Below are positions 1 to 8,115 of a stretch of DNA of 47,996 bases, in pieces. This DNA comes from a virus (lineage: Duplodnaviria > Caudoviricetes). The stretch is from IMG/VR virus record IMGVR_UViG_3300032373_000019, positions 1-47,996 of that record; one strand, 5' to 3'. The translations under genes were made by a program, and so were the position numbers. Every line of letters begins with the position of its first letter. Within the stretch, counting starts at the first letter, position 1. The notes beneath the pieces are model-generated. The model was not told where the DNA came from and searched no databases. It worked only from the letters and a program-made list of their open reading frames with translations.

Positions 1-2
1 AT

Positions 3-566
3 CTACACGCCTCGTGTCTTGGCCTTGTAGCGACGCCTGGACTCTCTGTTGCGCTCAACCTTGCAGGGCGCGCAGTACTTGAGTCGGGGGCCGCCATGAA
101 TGGCGGTGCCACAATCAACGCAGAGGCCAGCAACAAGGGTTGTCCGGTACCCACTTCTGTCCATCCGTGCAGCGACCGTCTCGGCGTGGTGCTCGGCGGC
201 GTGATCGCTCTGGGTGATGAGATCCAAGTTGGCGATACTGTCGTTGAGTGTATCGCGGTCGATGTGGTGAACAGCCATCCCGGGGGGGATTGGTCCGTTG
301 GCGGACTGCCACACATGACGAGCACGGAGCGACCAAGCGTTTGGCTCGGCCACCTTGACCCAGGCGCGCTTCACCCCGCCGCGCCCGTGCCGGGTACGAA
401 TGCGCACCGACCCGACGGGGGCCTTGTTGGCTGGCGTGTGCCCGCGGGTGAACCCACCAGGGACAGAGAGGCCTCTCCTGCTGTCGGAGTAGCACCTGTG
501 GGAGCAGAACTTCAAGGACTTGCGGCGCGCGGACATGTCTTCGCTACATACTGGGCACTTCCGCAT
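3..566 (-). CDS. HNH homing endonuclease (HNH_3-like) with CxxC zinc motifs
   Basis: AVHHIDRDTLNDSIANLDLITQSDHAAEHH HNH motif, CPVC/CSHRC and CVDC/CAPC motifs. GGAGG RBS at 573-577 before ATG at 566. Opposite orientation to its neighbours. Confidence 0.85.
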   Translation of the reverse strand: MRKCPVCSEDMSARRKSLKFCSHRCYSDSRRGLSVPGGFTRGHTPANKAPVGSVRIRTRHGRGGVKRAWVKVAEPNAWSLRARHVWQSANGPIPPGMAVHHIDRDTLNDSIANLDLITQSDHAAEHHAETVAARMDRSGYRTTLVAGLCVDCGTAIHGGPRLKYCAPCKVERNRESRRRYKAKTRGV

Positions 567-640
567 CACGTTCCTCCGGTTGTTGGGGTATTGTATCCCC
601 ACACGCTGGAACTATCCACCCCGAACGTAAGGAGGCTGGA

Positions 641-895
641 GTGAGCAACCACCGACACGAGCTGTTCCGAGGCGCTAAGGGTCGCCTGCTCGCGGGCGCA
701 GTCACGTACGGCCCTGAGTCGTCGTGGTGGAGCCTGAAGACCCGTGGACGGAGGGTGGCCGCCGACAACTACGCGGAGGCGGTGGCGTGCGCGCGCCGGG
801 ATGCTGGGATGCCCGCAGTCGTGCGGCAACTCCGGGGCGAGGACGTGCGCCCGAAGGACCCGCGACAGACAGGGCTGTTTGGGGGTGCGCGATGA
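641..895 (+). CDS. hypothetical protein
   Basis: AAGGAGG RBS, GTG start, stop overlaps the next ATG (ATGA). Confidence 0.55.
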   Translation: MSNHRHELFRGAKGRLLAGAVTYGPESSWWSLKTRGRRVAADNYAEAVACARRDAGMPAVVRQLRGEDVRPKDPRQTGLFGGAR

Positions 896-1260
896 GCCGC
901 CGCCGCTGGAGCATGGCCACCGCCCGCGCCATCCGCGACGACCTGGAGAGCGGGCACGACCGCACGTGGGCCGCCGTCGCCGCAGAGCACGGGATGTCCG
1001 TGCCCACACTGTACGACCGTCTCCGCGTCCGCGGGATGCTGCCCGACATGGCGAAGCGCCCACAGCGGGAGCACCCGCAGGACGGCAAGGTCATCCGCGC
1101 CATCGCCATCCGCAACACCGAGGGCATCACCTGGGCGGCCATCGCGCCGCGGGTCGGGTGGGTCTGGACGCTGGGGCTCCTCCGCACCCGCGTGTCGCGG
1201 TACGCCAGGCGCTACGGGGTCGAGGTCGTCAACATCAACCCGCGCCGAGGTGCCGCATGA
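892..1260 (+). CDS. tandem HTH DNA-binding protein
   Basis: Two HTH-like units, TWAAVAAEHGMSVPTLYDRL and TWAAIAPRVGWVWTLGLLRTRV. Translationally coupled at both ends. Confidence 0.65.
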   Translation: MSRRRWSMATARAIRDDLESGHDRTWAAVAAEHGMSVPTLYDRLRVRGMLPDMAKRPQREHPQDGKVIRAIAIRNTEGITWAAIAPRVGWVWTLGLLRTRVSRYARRYGVEVVNINPRRGAA

Positions 1261-1472
1261 GATGCCGCCACTGCCCCCACGGTCCGCGGGCCTGCAACCA
1301 CCCGAAGGTGCAGCCGTTCGAAGGGGAGCCGCCGAGCCGGCTGGGGTCTGCCATCGTCGACTGGTGGATCGACCACCCGCAGCACGCGCAGGGGAGGACG
1401 CCGGGAGAGCCGTCGCGGCCGTGCCCGGGGGCGCAGCAGGAGGGCGTAGGGAGCCCAAGGCGGGGAGTCTGA
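1257..1472 (+). CDS. small Cys-rich hypothetical protein
   Basis: MRCRHCPHGPRAC...AIVDWW...CPG; ATGA overlap with the upstream gene. Confidence 0.5.
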   Translation: MRCRHCPHGPRACNHPKVQPFEGEPPSRLGSAIVDWWIDHPQHAQGRTPGEPSRPCPGAQQEGVGSPRRGV

Positions 1473-1645
1473 GTCGGGCCGCCGAGGGGCCACCGTCTCG
1501 CCGGGTACGCCGGCCGGTGCCTCGCTGCTGGCTGGCGCTGTGCTCCGCATTCGCGCCTTTGACGCCGCCGCTCGTTCCGACCGGATGGGCGATCGTAGAC
1601 CACAGTGTCGAGCCCTCGGAGCGCAAGTGCCCGGAATCACCGGGA

Positions 1646-1706
1646 TGGCACGCGGAATGTGCCAGAGCAAGCGCGGGGCGCAGTCGTGTGCTACATTTGT
1701 GCTACA
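1646..1706 (+). promoter_or_regulatory. palindrome and tandem boxes upstream of the RHH/terminase operon
   Basis: TGGCAC-N7-GTGCCA at 1646-1664; TGTGCTACA at 1687-1695 and 1698-1706 (11-bp period). Confidence 0.5.
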
Positions 1707-1716
1707 CGGAGCAGCC

Positions 1717-1902
1717 ATGGCCAGACGACGCCGTATCAAGCAGGTTCCGTGGCCCTCGACTCGGGGGCCGCGCGAGCTCGTGAACGGGGTGCAGCAGCAC
1801 GCCGACCGGACGGGGCAGTCGTTCTCGGAGGCTCACCGGGAGGTGGTGCGGGCTGGGCTGGAGCAGGTCACCCGGGGAGGCGACGATGCCCAAGCGCAGT
1901 AG
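1717..1902 (+). CDS. Arc/CopG-like ribbon-helix-helix protein
   Basis: 61 aa, pattern STRGPRELVNGVQQHADRTGQSFSEAHREVVRAGL; GGAG RBS. Confidence 0.55.
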   Translation: MARRRRIKQVPWPSTRGPRELVNGVQQHADRTGQSFSEAHREVVRAGLEQVTRGGDDAQAQ

Positions 1903-2674
1903 TGCCGACCCCGCGAAGGTCGAGGCAGCCATGAAGGCGTGCGATTCCTCGCTGCCTGCGTCGCGTCGGATCTCCCAGCGGGCCGCGGCGAAGCGGTACG
2001 GCGTGCCCCTCGGGACGCTCAAGTCGCGGATCCGGAGGGCCCGGGAGGAGGGGGCGGATGCGTCCGCGGATGCATCCAGCCTGGATGAAACCAGGGCGGA
2101 TGCATCCACCCCGAACCAGAGGCCGGAGCGTCGGACGGTTCCGGACCGGGTGGAGCGTGACGAGCGCCTGACGGGGCAGCAGTGGCAGGCGGCGATGCTC
2201 ACGGTGGCCGCGAGGATGACGGCGGGGCAGATCGCCGTGGTGGTCGGGGTGGCCCGCTCCACCATCTTCGCGTGGCGCAAGGAGCCCGTGTTCTCCGCCG
2301 TGTGCGACGAACTCCGCGGGGAGGCCCGGGTGCGGGCGCAGGAGACAGTGGCCCGTGCGGGCGAGGAGGCGGCCCACCTCTCCCGCGACACGAACCAGGC
2401 GCTGCGTCGCCTGCTGGACGATGCGGTCGCCGTCCTGGACCGCGCGGAGGATGAGCAAGTCCCGGCGGCCGACATCAAGGCGGCTCGGGCGATGATTCTC
2501 GCGTTGGCCGACAAGGTGCCGAAGGGCACGACGCCGATGCTCGACCGCAGCGGCTTCCCGAAGACGGAGCGCACCGAGATCGTCGTGGACCAGAACCCAG
2601 CCGAGCGGATCGGCAGGGCCCAACACCGAGCGGAGGGCGCAGGCCTTCGGCTCCTCACAACGGAGACAGCATGA
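1886..2674 (+). CDS. terS: terminase small subunit (HTH-containing)
   Basis: HTH motifs ISQRAAAKRYGVPLGTLKSRI and TAGQIAVVVGVARSTIFAWRK, C-terminal LDRSGFPKTERTEI; lies upstream of terL. Confidence 0.65.
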   Translation: MPKRSSADPAKVEAAMKACDSSLPASRRISQRAAAKRYGVPLGTLKSRIRRAREEGADASADASSLDETRADASTPNQRPERRTVPDRVERDERLTGQQWQAAMLTVAARMTAGQIAVVVGVARSTIFAWRKEPVFSAVCDELRGEARVRAQETVARAGEEAAHLSRDTNQALRRLLDDAVAVLDRAEDEQVPAADIKAARAMILALADKVPKGTTPMLDRSGFPKTERTEIVVDQNPAERIGRAQHRAEGAGLRLLTTETA

Positions 2675-3144
2675 CCCGCACTTCCCTCACTCTGGTCGCC
2701 TTGGCGCTCGCCGCCTGCCGCACCCCTGCCGGCCCCGGGGCGCCCGCCCAGCCCGGCGGGGACACGGCGGGACCGCTCGCCCCCTCGCACGACACGTGGA
2801 ACCCCCCGATGGGCGACACGGGCGGCGAGGACACGGGCGAGGCGCTCGAGGACGACACCGGGAGCACCGACACCCAGCCGGCCGCGCTTCAGGCGCGCCC
2901 CGACGCCGTGGCCGGCGTGTCCCAGGTCGCATGGGTCGGCGGCGGCGGCTCGCTCGACGGGTGGGCCTGCGACGGACTCATCGTGTGGGCGAGCCGGGAC
3001 CACGAGTGCGGCGACGCGCTCAGCCTGCCCGCGCAGCTCCCGCCGGACGCGTGGCTCTGCGCCGACGTGGTCGAGGCCGGGGAGTGGGGGTGCATCGCCA
3101 CGCTGGACGGGGTGGCGCAGGTCGTGACTGTTCGGGGGCGATAG
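2671..3144 (+). CDS. putative lipoprotein with DTG-rich acidic linker
   Basis: Signal peptide with lipobox LALAA-C, then GDTGGEDTGEALEDDTG and a Cys-containing C-terminal domain. ACAACGGAG leader. Confidence 0.65.
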   Translation: MTRTSLTLVALALAACRTPAGPGAPAQPGGDTAGPLAPSHDTWNPPMGDTGGEDTGEALEDDTGSTDTQPAALQARPDAVAGVSQVAWVGGGGSLDGWACDGLIVWASRDHECGDALSLPAQLPPDAWLCADVVEAGEWGCIATLDGVAQVVTVRGR

Positions 3145-3986
3145 TGCGCTACGGCCCCCACATCGTCCTGCAGGCTGCCGCCAAGTGCGGCTCCCGCACC
3201 CTGCGTTCTCGTCTCGCGCCAGAACTGCCCCAGCGCCACGCGCAGACCCACGCGGGCCTGTGGGCGGGTGAGGCGCTGCCCCCAGCCCTGCGGCGCCTCA
3301 CGTCCATCCGTGACCCGCTGTCCTGGCACCTCTCGCACTTCCAGCACTGGTGGCGGGCGTGGCACGGCGGCATGGACCGCGTGGTGTGCTGGCTGGCTCC
3401 GGCTGGGCGTGAACTTGTGGCGGGCCTGCTCGCTACCTTCGCCACGCCAGAAGAAGCGGAGATGGCATGTCCGGGCATCCGGGCCACCGTGTGGGGCCTG
3501 TACGTCGAGGGCGTGACGGATGCCCGCGTGGCCCGCCTGCCGCTCGACCAGCGGCCGGACGCGCTCGCGCACCCCCAGCACCGGTGGGACGTGCCCATCC
3601 GTCGGTGGATGGCGGAGCGGGGCGTGGGGCTGTTCACGTGGGCGACCGTGCGGCAGTTGATGCCGGCGCCCTGGTGGGACACCGTCAGCCTGACGCCCGC
3701 AGCCATCAGGGTCGGGCGAGACACGGGTGTGCCGGTCCGCACCCTCTACGACGCCGCGATCAACGTCCACCACCTCGACGAAGGGCTCGCGGAGGTCGCT
3801 GAGGCGTGGGGCCTGGGGGTCGCCGACCTGCCGGAGCGGAAGCGGGGCGACGTGGCCGACGGCGAGCTATCCCCCACCCCGGAGCAGATTGAGCGCATCC
3901 GGCACGCCGAGCGCGCTGTCTACGCCTGGTTCCCATGGGACGAGGACGTGCCCCCGGTCGTGTGGGGCCACCGGGTCCGCCGGTGA
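3144..3986 (+). CDS. PAPS-dependent sulfotransferase-like protein
   Basis: 5'-PSB-like AKCGSRTL and 3'-PB-like SIRDPLSWHLSHF in sulfotransferase order. GTG start overlaps the upstream TAG. Confidence 0.65.
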   Translation: MRYGPHIVLQAAAKCGSRTLRSRLAPELPQRHAQTHAGLWAGEALPPALRRLTSIRDPLSWHLSHFQHWWRAWHGGMDRVVCWLAPAGRELVAGLLATFATPEEAEMACPGIRATVWGLYVEGVTDARVARLPLDQRPDALAHPQHRWDVPIRRWMAERGVGLFTWATVRQLMPAPWWDTVSLTPAAIRVGRDTGVPVRTLYDAAINVHHLDEGLAEVAEAWGLGVADLPERKRGDVADGELSPTPEQIERIRHAERAVYAWFPWDEDVPPVVWGHRVRR

Positions 3987-5617
3987 CGGTGCAGTCGCCG
4001 ACCGTGCGCCGGTTCGTTGAGCTCCTCCGAGAGGTGGGAGAGCAGGACACCGCGACGGGATGCGCCCGCGTTGTTCTGTCGGCGCTGGATGTGCTGACGG
4101 AGGACGACCTCGCTGCCGAGGTGGTCGCGCAGGAGGCCACATGGTGGGCCGAGTGGTTGGAGTCCGACGGCATCCCCGCCGCCATCGACGAGCGGAACCG
4201 GACGGTGAGGATGGACGCCCCCGGCGACCCCGGGGATGCGGTCATCGCGTGGATGGAGTCGACCTTCCCCGGCTACATGGCGGGGTGGTTCAACCGGAAG
4301 ATCGCGGCCGTCCTGGAGTGGTTCAGCGCCGAGGTCGCGGCGGGCAACTCCCCGCGGCTCATCATCGAGGCCCCGCCGCGACACGGCAAGTCCCTCATGG
4401 TGTCCCAGCGGTGGCCCGTGTGGCACATGGGGCAGAACCCGGGCCACGAGGTCATCTGTGCAAGCTACGGGCTGAACCTCGCCAAGGAGCACAGTGTCGC
4501 GGCGCGGCGGGCCGCCACCTCTGGCACCGTGCGCGGCATCTGGTGGGGGGAGTGGGGCAGCAAGCTGAAGGACCAGGCGGATCACTGGGAGATGCCGAAC
4601 GGGTCCACCTACAAGGCGGTCGGCGTCGGCGGCCCCATCACGGGGCACGGCGCGCACGTTCTCGTCATCGACGACCCGTTCAAGAACTCCGAGCAGGCCC
4701 GCAGCAAGACCCAGCGGGACAAGGTCTGGACCTGGTACACGGGCGACGCGTACACCCGCCTTGCTCCCGGAGGTGGCGTGCTCGTCATGCACACCCGGTG
4801 GCACGAGGGCGACCTCGTCGGCCGCCTGCTCGAGGAGGAGAAGAAGGGGGGAGACAAGTGGGTGCGGGTCCGCTTCCCCGCCATCGCGGAGGAGGACGAG
4901 GAGCACCGGAAGGCCGGCGAGGCGCTCCACCCTGACCGGTACAGCCTCGCCCGGCTGGAGAAGATCCGCGCGGTCCTGCCCCCGTGGCAGTGGGCCGCCC
5001 TGTTCCAGCAGCGCCCGACCCCCGCGTCCGGGGGGCTGCTGAAGCGTGAGTGGCTTTCGCAGTTCTGGTCTGGGACGGTGGAGTCGCTCGGGCTGGAGGA
5101 GATCGTCGTCAGCGGGGACCTCACGTTCAAGGGCGGCGAGCGGTCCGACTTCGTGGTGCTGCAGGCGTGGGGCATCGTCGGTGCACGGCGCTACCTGCTC
5201 GACCAAGTCCGAGCCCGCATGGACTACCCGAGCAGCAAGGCCGCTCTCCGGGCGTTCGTGTCGAAGTGGAACCCCACCGCGGTCATCATCGAGGACAAGG
5301 CGAACGGGCCGGCGCTGGTCGCAGACCTCCGCGACGTGATCCCGGGCCTGATTGCCGTCAACCCCGGCACGAAGTCCAAGGAGGAGCGCGTCCAGGTCGG
5401 ATCGCTGCCGCCGTTCTCCGCGATGCAAGTGTGGCTGCCCGACCCCGCGAACTCGCCATGGGTGCACGACTACATCGAGGAGTCGGTCGCCTTCCCGAAG
5501 GGGAAGCATGACGACCAAGTGGACACGACGTCTCAGGTGCTCCTGTGGCTCGTCCGGCGCGGGAACGGCGGGATCGACGTGAACGAACTGGACGAACTCG
5601 CGCGCCTGCTGGGGTGA
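3983..5617 (+). CDS. terL: terminase large subunit
   Basis: Walker A APPRHGKS, GGPITGHGAHVLVIDDP Walker B, HTRWHEGDL, nuclease IEDKANG and FPKGKHDDQVD. Confidence 0.95.
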   Translation: MTVQSPTVRRFVELLREVGEQDTATGCARVVLSALDVLTEDDLAAEVVAQEATWWAEWLESDGIPAAIDERNRTVRMDAPGDPGDAVIAWMESTFPGYMAGWFNRKIAAVLEWFSAEVAAGNSPRLIIEAPPRHGKSLMVSQRWPVWHMGQNPGHEVICASYGLNLAKEHSVAARRAATSGTVRGIWWGEWGSKLKDQADHWEMPNGSTYKAVGVGGPITGHGAHVLVIDDPFKNSEQARSKTQRDKVWTWYTGDAYTRLAPGGGVLVMHTRWHEGDLVGRLLEEEKKGGDKWVRVRFPAIAEEDEEHRKAGEALHPDRYSLARLEKIRAVLPPWQWAALFQQRPTPASGGLLKREWLSQFWSGTVESLGLEEIVVSGDLTFKGGERSDFVVLQAWGIVGARRYLLDQVRARMDYPSSKAALRAFVSKWNPTAVIIEDKANGPALVADLRDVIPGLIAVNPGTKSKEERVQVGSLPPFSAMQVWLPDPANSPWVHDYIEESVAFPKGKHDDQVDTTSQVLLWLVRRGNGGIDVNELDELARLLG

Positions 5618-5655
5618 CGTTCCACCTTGACACGCGCGTCCCATCGTGCAACGGT
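5618..5655 (+). promoter_or_regulatory. putative late promoter, motif shared with 8066-8099
   Basis: CGTTCCAC-CT-TGACACGCG...CGTGCAAC; TTGACA(5627)-17 bp-AACGGT. Confidence 0.45.
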
Positions 5656-5661
5656 CACCCC

Positions 5662-5883
5662 ATGGTGTGCTCCGCCTCGCATCCGTTCGCTCCCCCTGTG
5701 CCCGCGCCCGTCAAGTGGCAGCGGGTCGAAGTCGTCGCGGGCAACCGTCCGCCGGACGACCACCCGCCCGGGGATGGGTTCACGGCTGGCGCGTGGCGCA
5801 AGGTGGCATCGCTGGGCCTGCGTGACCGCTGGGAGCGCCCCGTCTACCTCTCTGGTGGTGCTCTCCGCGCCGCGGGGGTCTGA
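5662..5883 (+). CDS. hypothetical protein
   Basis: 73-aa ORF filling the terL-portal gap; TGATG overlap with the portal start. Confidence 0.4.
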   Translation: MVCSASHPFAPPVPAPVKWQRVEVVAGNRPPDDHPPGDGFTAGAWRKVASLGLRDRWERPVYLSGGALRAAGV

Positions 5884-7202
5884 TGGCGAAGGCGAGCGCA
5901 TGGGCGCGCCTCATGGGGGTCCTGCGGGGCCTGTTCGGTGTTCGGTCTGCCGTTCCGATGATCCGGCTCCCCCGGTCTGCGGAGGTCGGCATCGTCGGCG
6001 CTCCCCTCGTGGTCAACGTCGGGACGCGGGAGTCGCACTACCTGGTGGACCCCGTGGTGCTGCGCGACCTCGTGGCGAAGCATCCGGAAGCCCGGTACGG
6101 CCTGGACATCATCAGCAGCCAGATCGCCGGCCGCGAGGTTCGACTCTCGATGACGGGCCCGGACGGCGAACTCGTGGACCTGCCGGACACGCACCCGGCC
6201 ATGGTGTTCATGCGGACCCGGATCAAGGGCTACACGCTGCACCAGTACGTTCAGCGGCAACTCATCAACCTGCACTTCGGCGCGTTCTGCGCTGAGATCC
6301 GTGGGCGGCCCTCCCCGGTGGCTCCCGACGTCGCGCTACTCATCCCGCACGACCCCGAGGACGTCAACCCGCTGCTGACGGACGATGAGACGCAGCTCGT
6401 GGGCTTCCAGGTGACGTTGCCGACGACGGAGCGGAAGGTCGTGCCGGAGCGGTTCGTGTTCGGCTCCATCGCGCCGATCCTGGGCGGCGTGGACCGGTTC
6501 ACGGGCGTGTCCCCGTTCTACTCGCTGCTGCCCTACCTCGAGTCGGCCGCCAAGGACGCCACGTACCTCCGCGACAAGCCGCGCGGGAGCACCTCGAACA
6601 TCAAGATCGCGGCGAGCCTACCGGCGTCCGAGATGGCGCCCGTGGTGGAGTCCATCGTCCGCATCCGCGAGAGCAAGGGCGTGACGATCCAGCCCAAGGA
6701 CTTCAACATCGAGGCTCTCCGCTCTCCGAGCGAGACGGACGACATTGAGACGCGGCTCTCCGCCACGAACGAGCAGGTGACCCTGACGCTCGGCCTCGCC
6801 CCCGTGGTGATGAACCAGAGCGTGACGAACGACAGCGCCGCGAAGGTCCAGCAGGACCAGATGTTCCGGCACATGCAGAGCCTGACCCAGCTTCTCTGGG
6901 CGCAGCACGAGCCGCTCCTCCGCCTCCTGGCCCGCCCGGGCGAGATGGCGGCCGGGCTCCACTTCCGCACCGACTGGTCGGACGTCATCCAGGCACGCTC
7001 CGAGGCGGCTGAGGCGGCATCCATCGACGTCGACAAGAAGCGCGCCGACCTGTTCAAGACCTACACCGACGCCGGTGTCCCGCTGCTCATTGCGGCAGAC
7101 CTGGCCGGCGTCGACCTCTCCACGGAGGCCCCCGATGGGCAAGACCGAACTACGACAGCACGGGCAGCACGCCGCGGGCTTCGCGCTCTCCCCTCTGGCT
7201 GA
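5883..7202 (+). CDS. portal protein
   Basis: 439 aa between terL and protease; RFTGVSPFYSL and LINLHFGAFCAEI resemble HK97-type portal segments. Confidence 0.75.
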   Translation: MAKASAWARLMGVLRGLFGVRSAVPMIRLPRSAEVGIVGAPLVVNVGTRESHYLVDPVVLRDLVAKHPEARYGLDIISSQIAGREVRLSMTGPDGELVDLPDTHPAMVFMRTRIKGYTLHQYVQRQLINLHFGAFCAEIRGRPSPVAPDVALLIPHDPEDVNPLLTDDETQLVGFQVTLPTTERKVVPERFVFGSIAPILGGVDRFTGVSPFYSLLPYLESAAKDATYLRDKPRGSTSNIKIAASLPASEMAPVVESIVRIRESKGVTIQPKDFNIEALRSPSETDDIETRLSATNEQVTLTLGLAPVVMNQSVTNDSAAKVQQDQMFRHMQSLTQLLWAQHEPLLRLLARPGEMAAGLHFRTDWSDVIQARSEAAEAASIDVDKKRADLFKTYTDAGVPLLIAADLAGVDLSTEAPDGQDRTTTARAARRGLRALPSG

Positions 7203-8058
7203 GGGTGGTGAGTTCCACGTCCTGAACTCGGGCAAGGCGTACAACGGGGAGATCCTGCTGCGCGGGGTCATCGTGATCCGCGAGAACCCGAACGTGGCCG
7301 GTGAGCTCATCATGCTCGGCGATCACAACCGGTCCGTCATCCTCGGCGCGTGGACGGGCGTGTCCGTCAACGGTGCCGCCGTCGTGGCCGACGCCTACCG
7401 GTGGGCCTCCCCCGAGGTCGAGCCGCAGGTGTCCCGGTACCGTGGCCTGGTCGAGGAGAAGCTCCTGTGGGGTACGTCCATCGGCTTCACGGGACGCTGG
7501 TACTACGCTGCCGAGCTCCCCGACAGCGACCCCGACAAGGAGTCTGGGGCCACCTGGATCATCGAGGGCACCGAGGAGAACCCCATCGAGGTTTATGAGG
7601 CCTCCCTCGTGACCATCGGCGCCGACGCCGACAGCATGATCACGTACCAGTTCGCCGCAGCCCCCGAGGGGACCACCCAGGCCGGCGCCCTCGAGCTCGA
7701 GCCCGAGGACGAGCGCGTCGTCGAGGGCATCGCTGGATCGCTCATGCTCCGGCATCTCGTGGACGACCACGGCATGGAAGCGGAGGCCGCGGAGGACGCG
7801 GTGCGCCGCATGCTGGCTGGCGAGGACCCGGACGTCATCGATGACGACGCAGGCGAGGACGAGGAGGCCGAAGCCGCCGCCGACCCCGGGGCGGAGTTCT
7901 CCGCCGACGCGGACGACGAGCCCGACGACGAGGATGCCCCCATCGAGAAGGAGCCCACACCGGCTCCCCCGGCCACCTTCGCCGAGTTCCTGAGCGCGCC
8001 GCCGCCCGCTCCCGAGGGCGACACGTTCGCCGACTTTCTCCGCGCCGTTCCATCCTGA
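7135..8058 (+). CDS. prohead protease with acidic C-terminal tail
   Basis: MLGDHN...ILGAW, GTSIGF and YEASLVTIGAD HK97 protease motifs. Confidence 0.8.
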   Translation: MGKTELRQHGQHAAGFALSPLAEGGEFHVLNSGKAYNGEILLRGVIVIRENPNVAGELIMLGDHNRSVILGAWTGVSVNGAAVVADAYRWASPEVEPQVSRYRGLVEEKLLWGTSIGFTGRWYYAAELPDSDPDKESGATWIIEGTEENPIEVYEASLVTIGADADSMITYQFAAAPEGTTQAGALELEPEDERVVEGIAGSLMLRHLVDDHGMEAEAAEDAVRRMLAGEDPDVIDDDAGEDEEAEAAADPGAEFSADADDEPDDEDAPIEKEPTPAPPATFAEFLSAPPPAPEGDTFADFLRAVPS

Positions 8059-8065
8059 ACGGTTG

Positions 8066-8099
8066 CGTTCCACTCTGACACGCGGTAGCGTGCCAACCT
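8066..8099 (+). promoter_or_regulatory. putative late promoter upstream of major capsid
   Basis: CGTTCCAC-TC-TGACACGCG...CGTGCCAAC, matching 5618-5652; AGGAGG RBS follows. Confidence 0.45.
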
Positions 8100-8115
8100 G
8101 ACCAGGAGGGCCCAA

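Noticed and set aside
96-644. 182-aa plus-strand ORF over the HNH gene
   Set aside because: Antisense of the HNH gene; only its last codons may be a remnant of the interrupted mini-ORF.
1646-1664. TGGCAC as a sigma54 promoter (also 8085-8096 minus)
   Set aside because: The -12 GC is not at the required spacing; the 1646 site is kept only as a palindrome.
5618-5883. Possible packaging RNA between terL and portal
   Set aside because: A coupled 73-aa ORF and a promoter-like motif account for the gap; no convincing fold seen.
6133-6150. GAGGTTCGACTCTC resembling a tRNA T-arm
   Set aside because: Inside the portal CDS, with no acceptor, D or anticodon arms.
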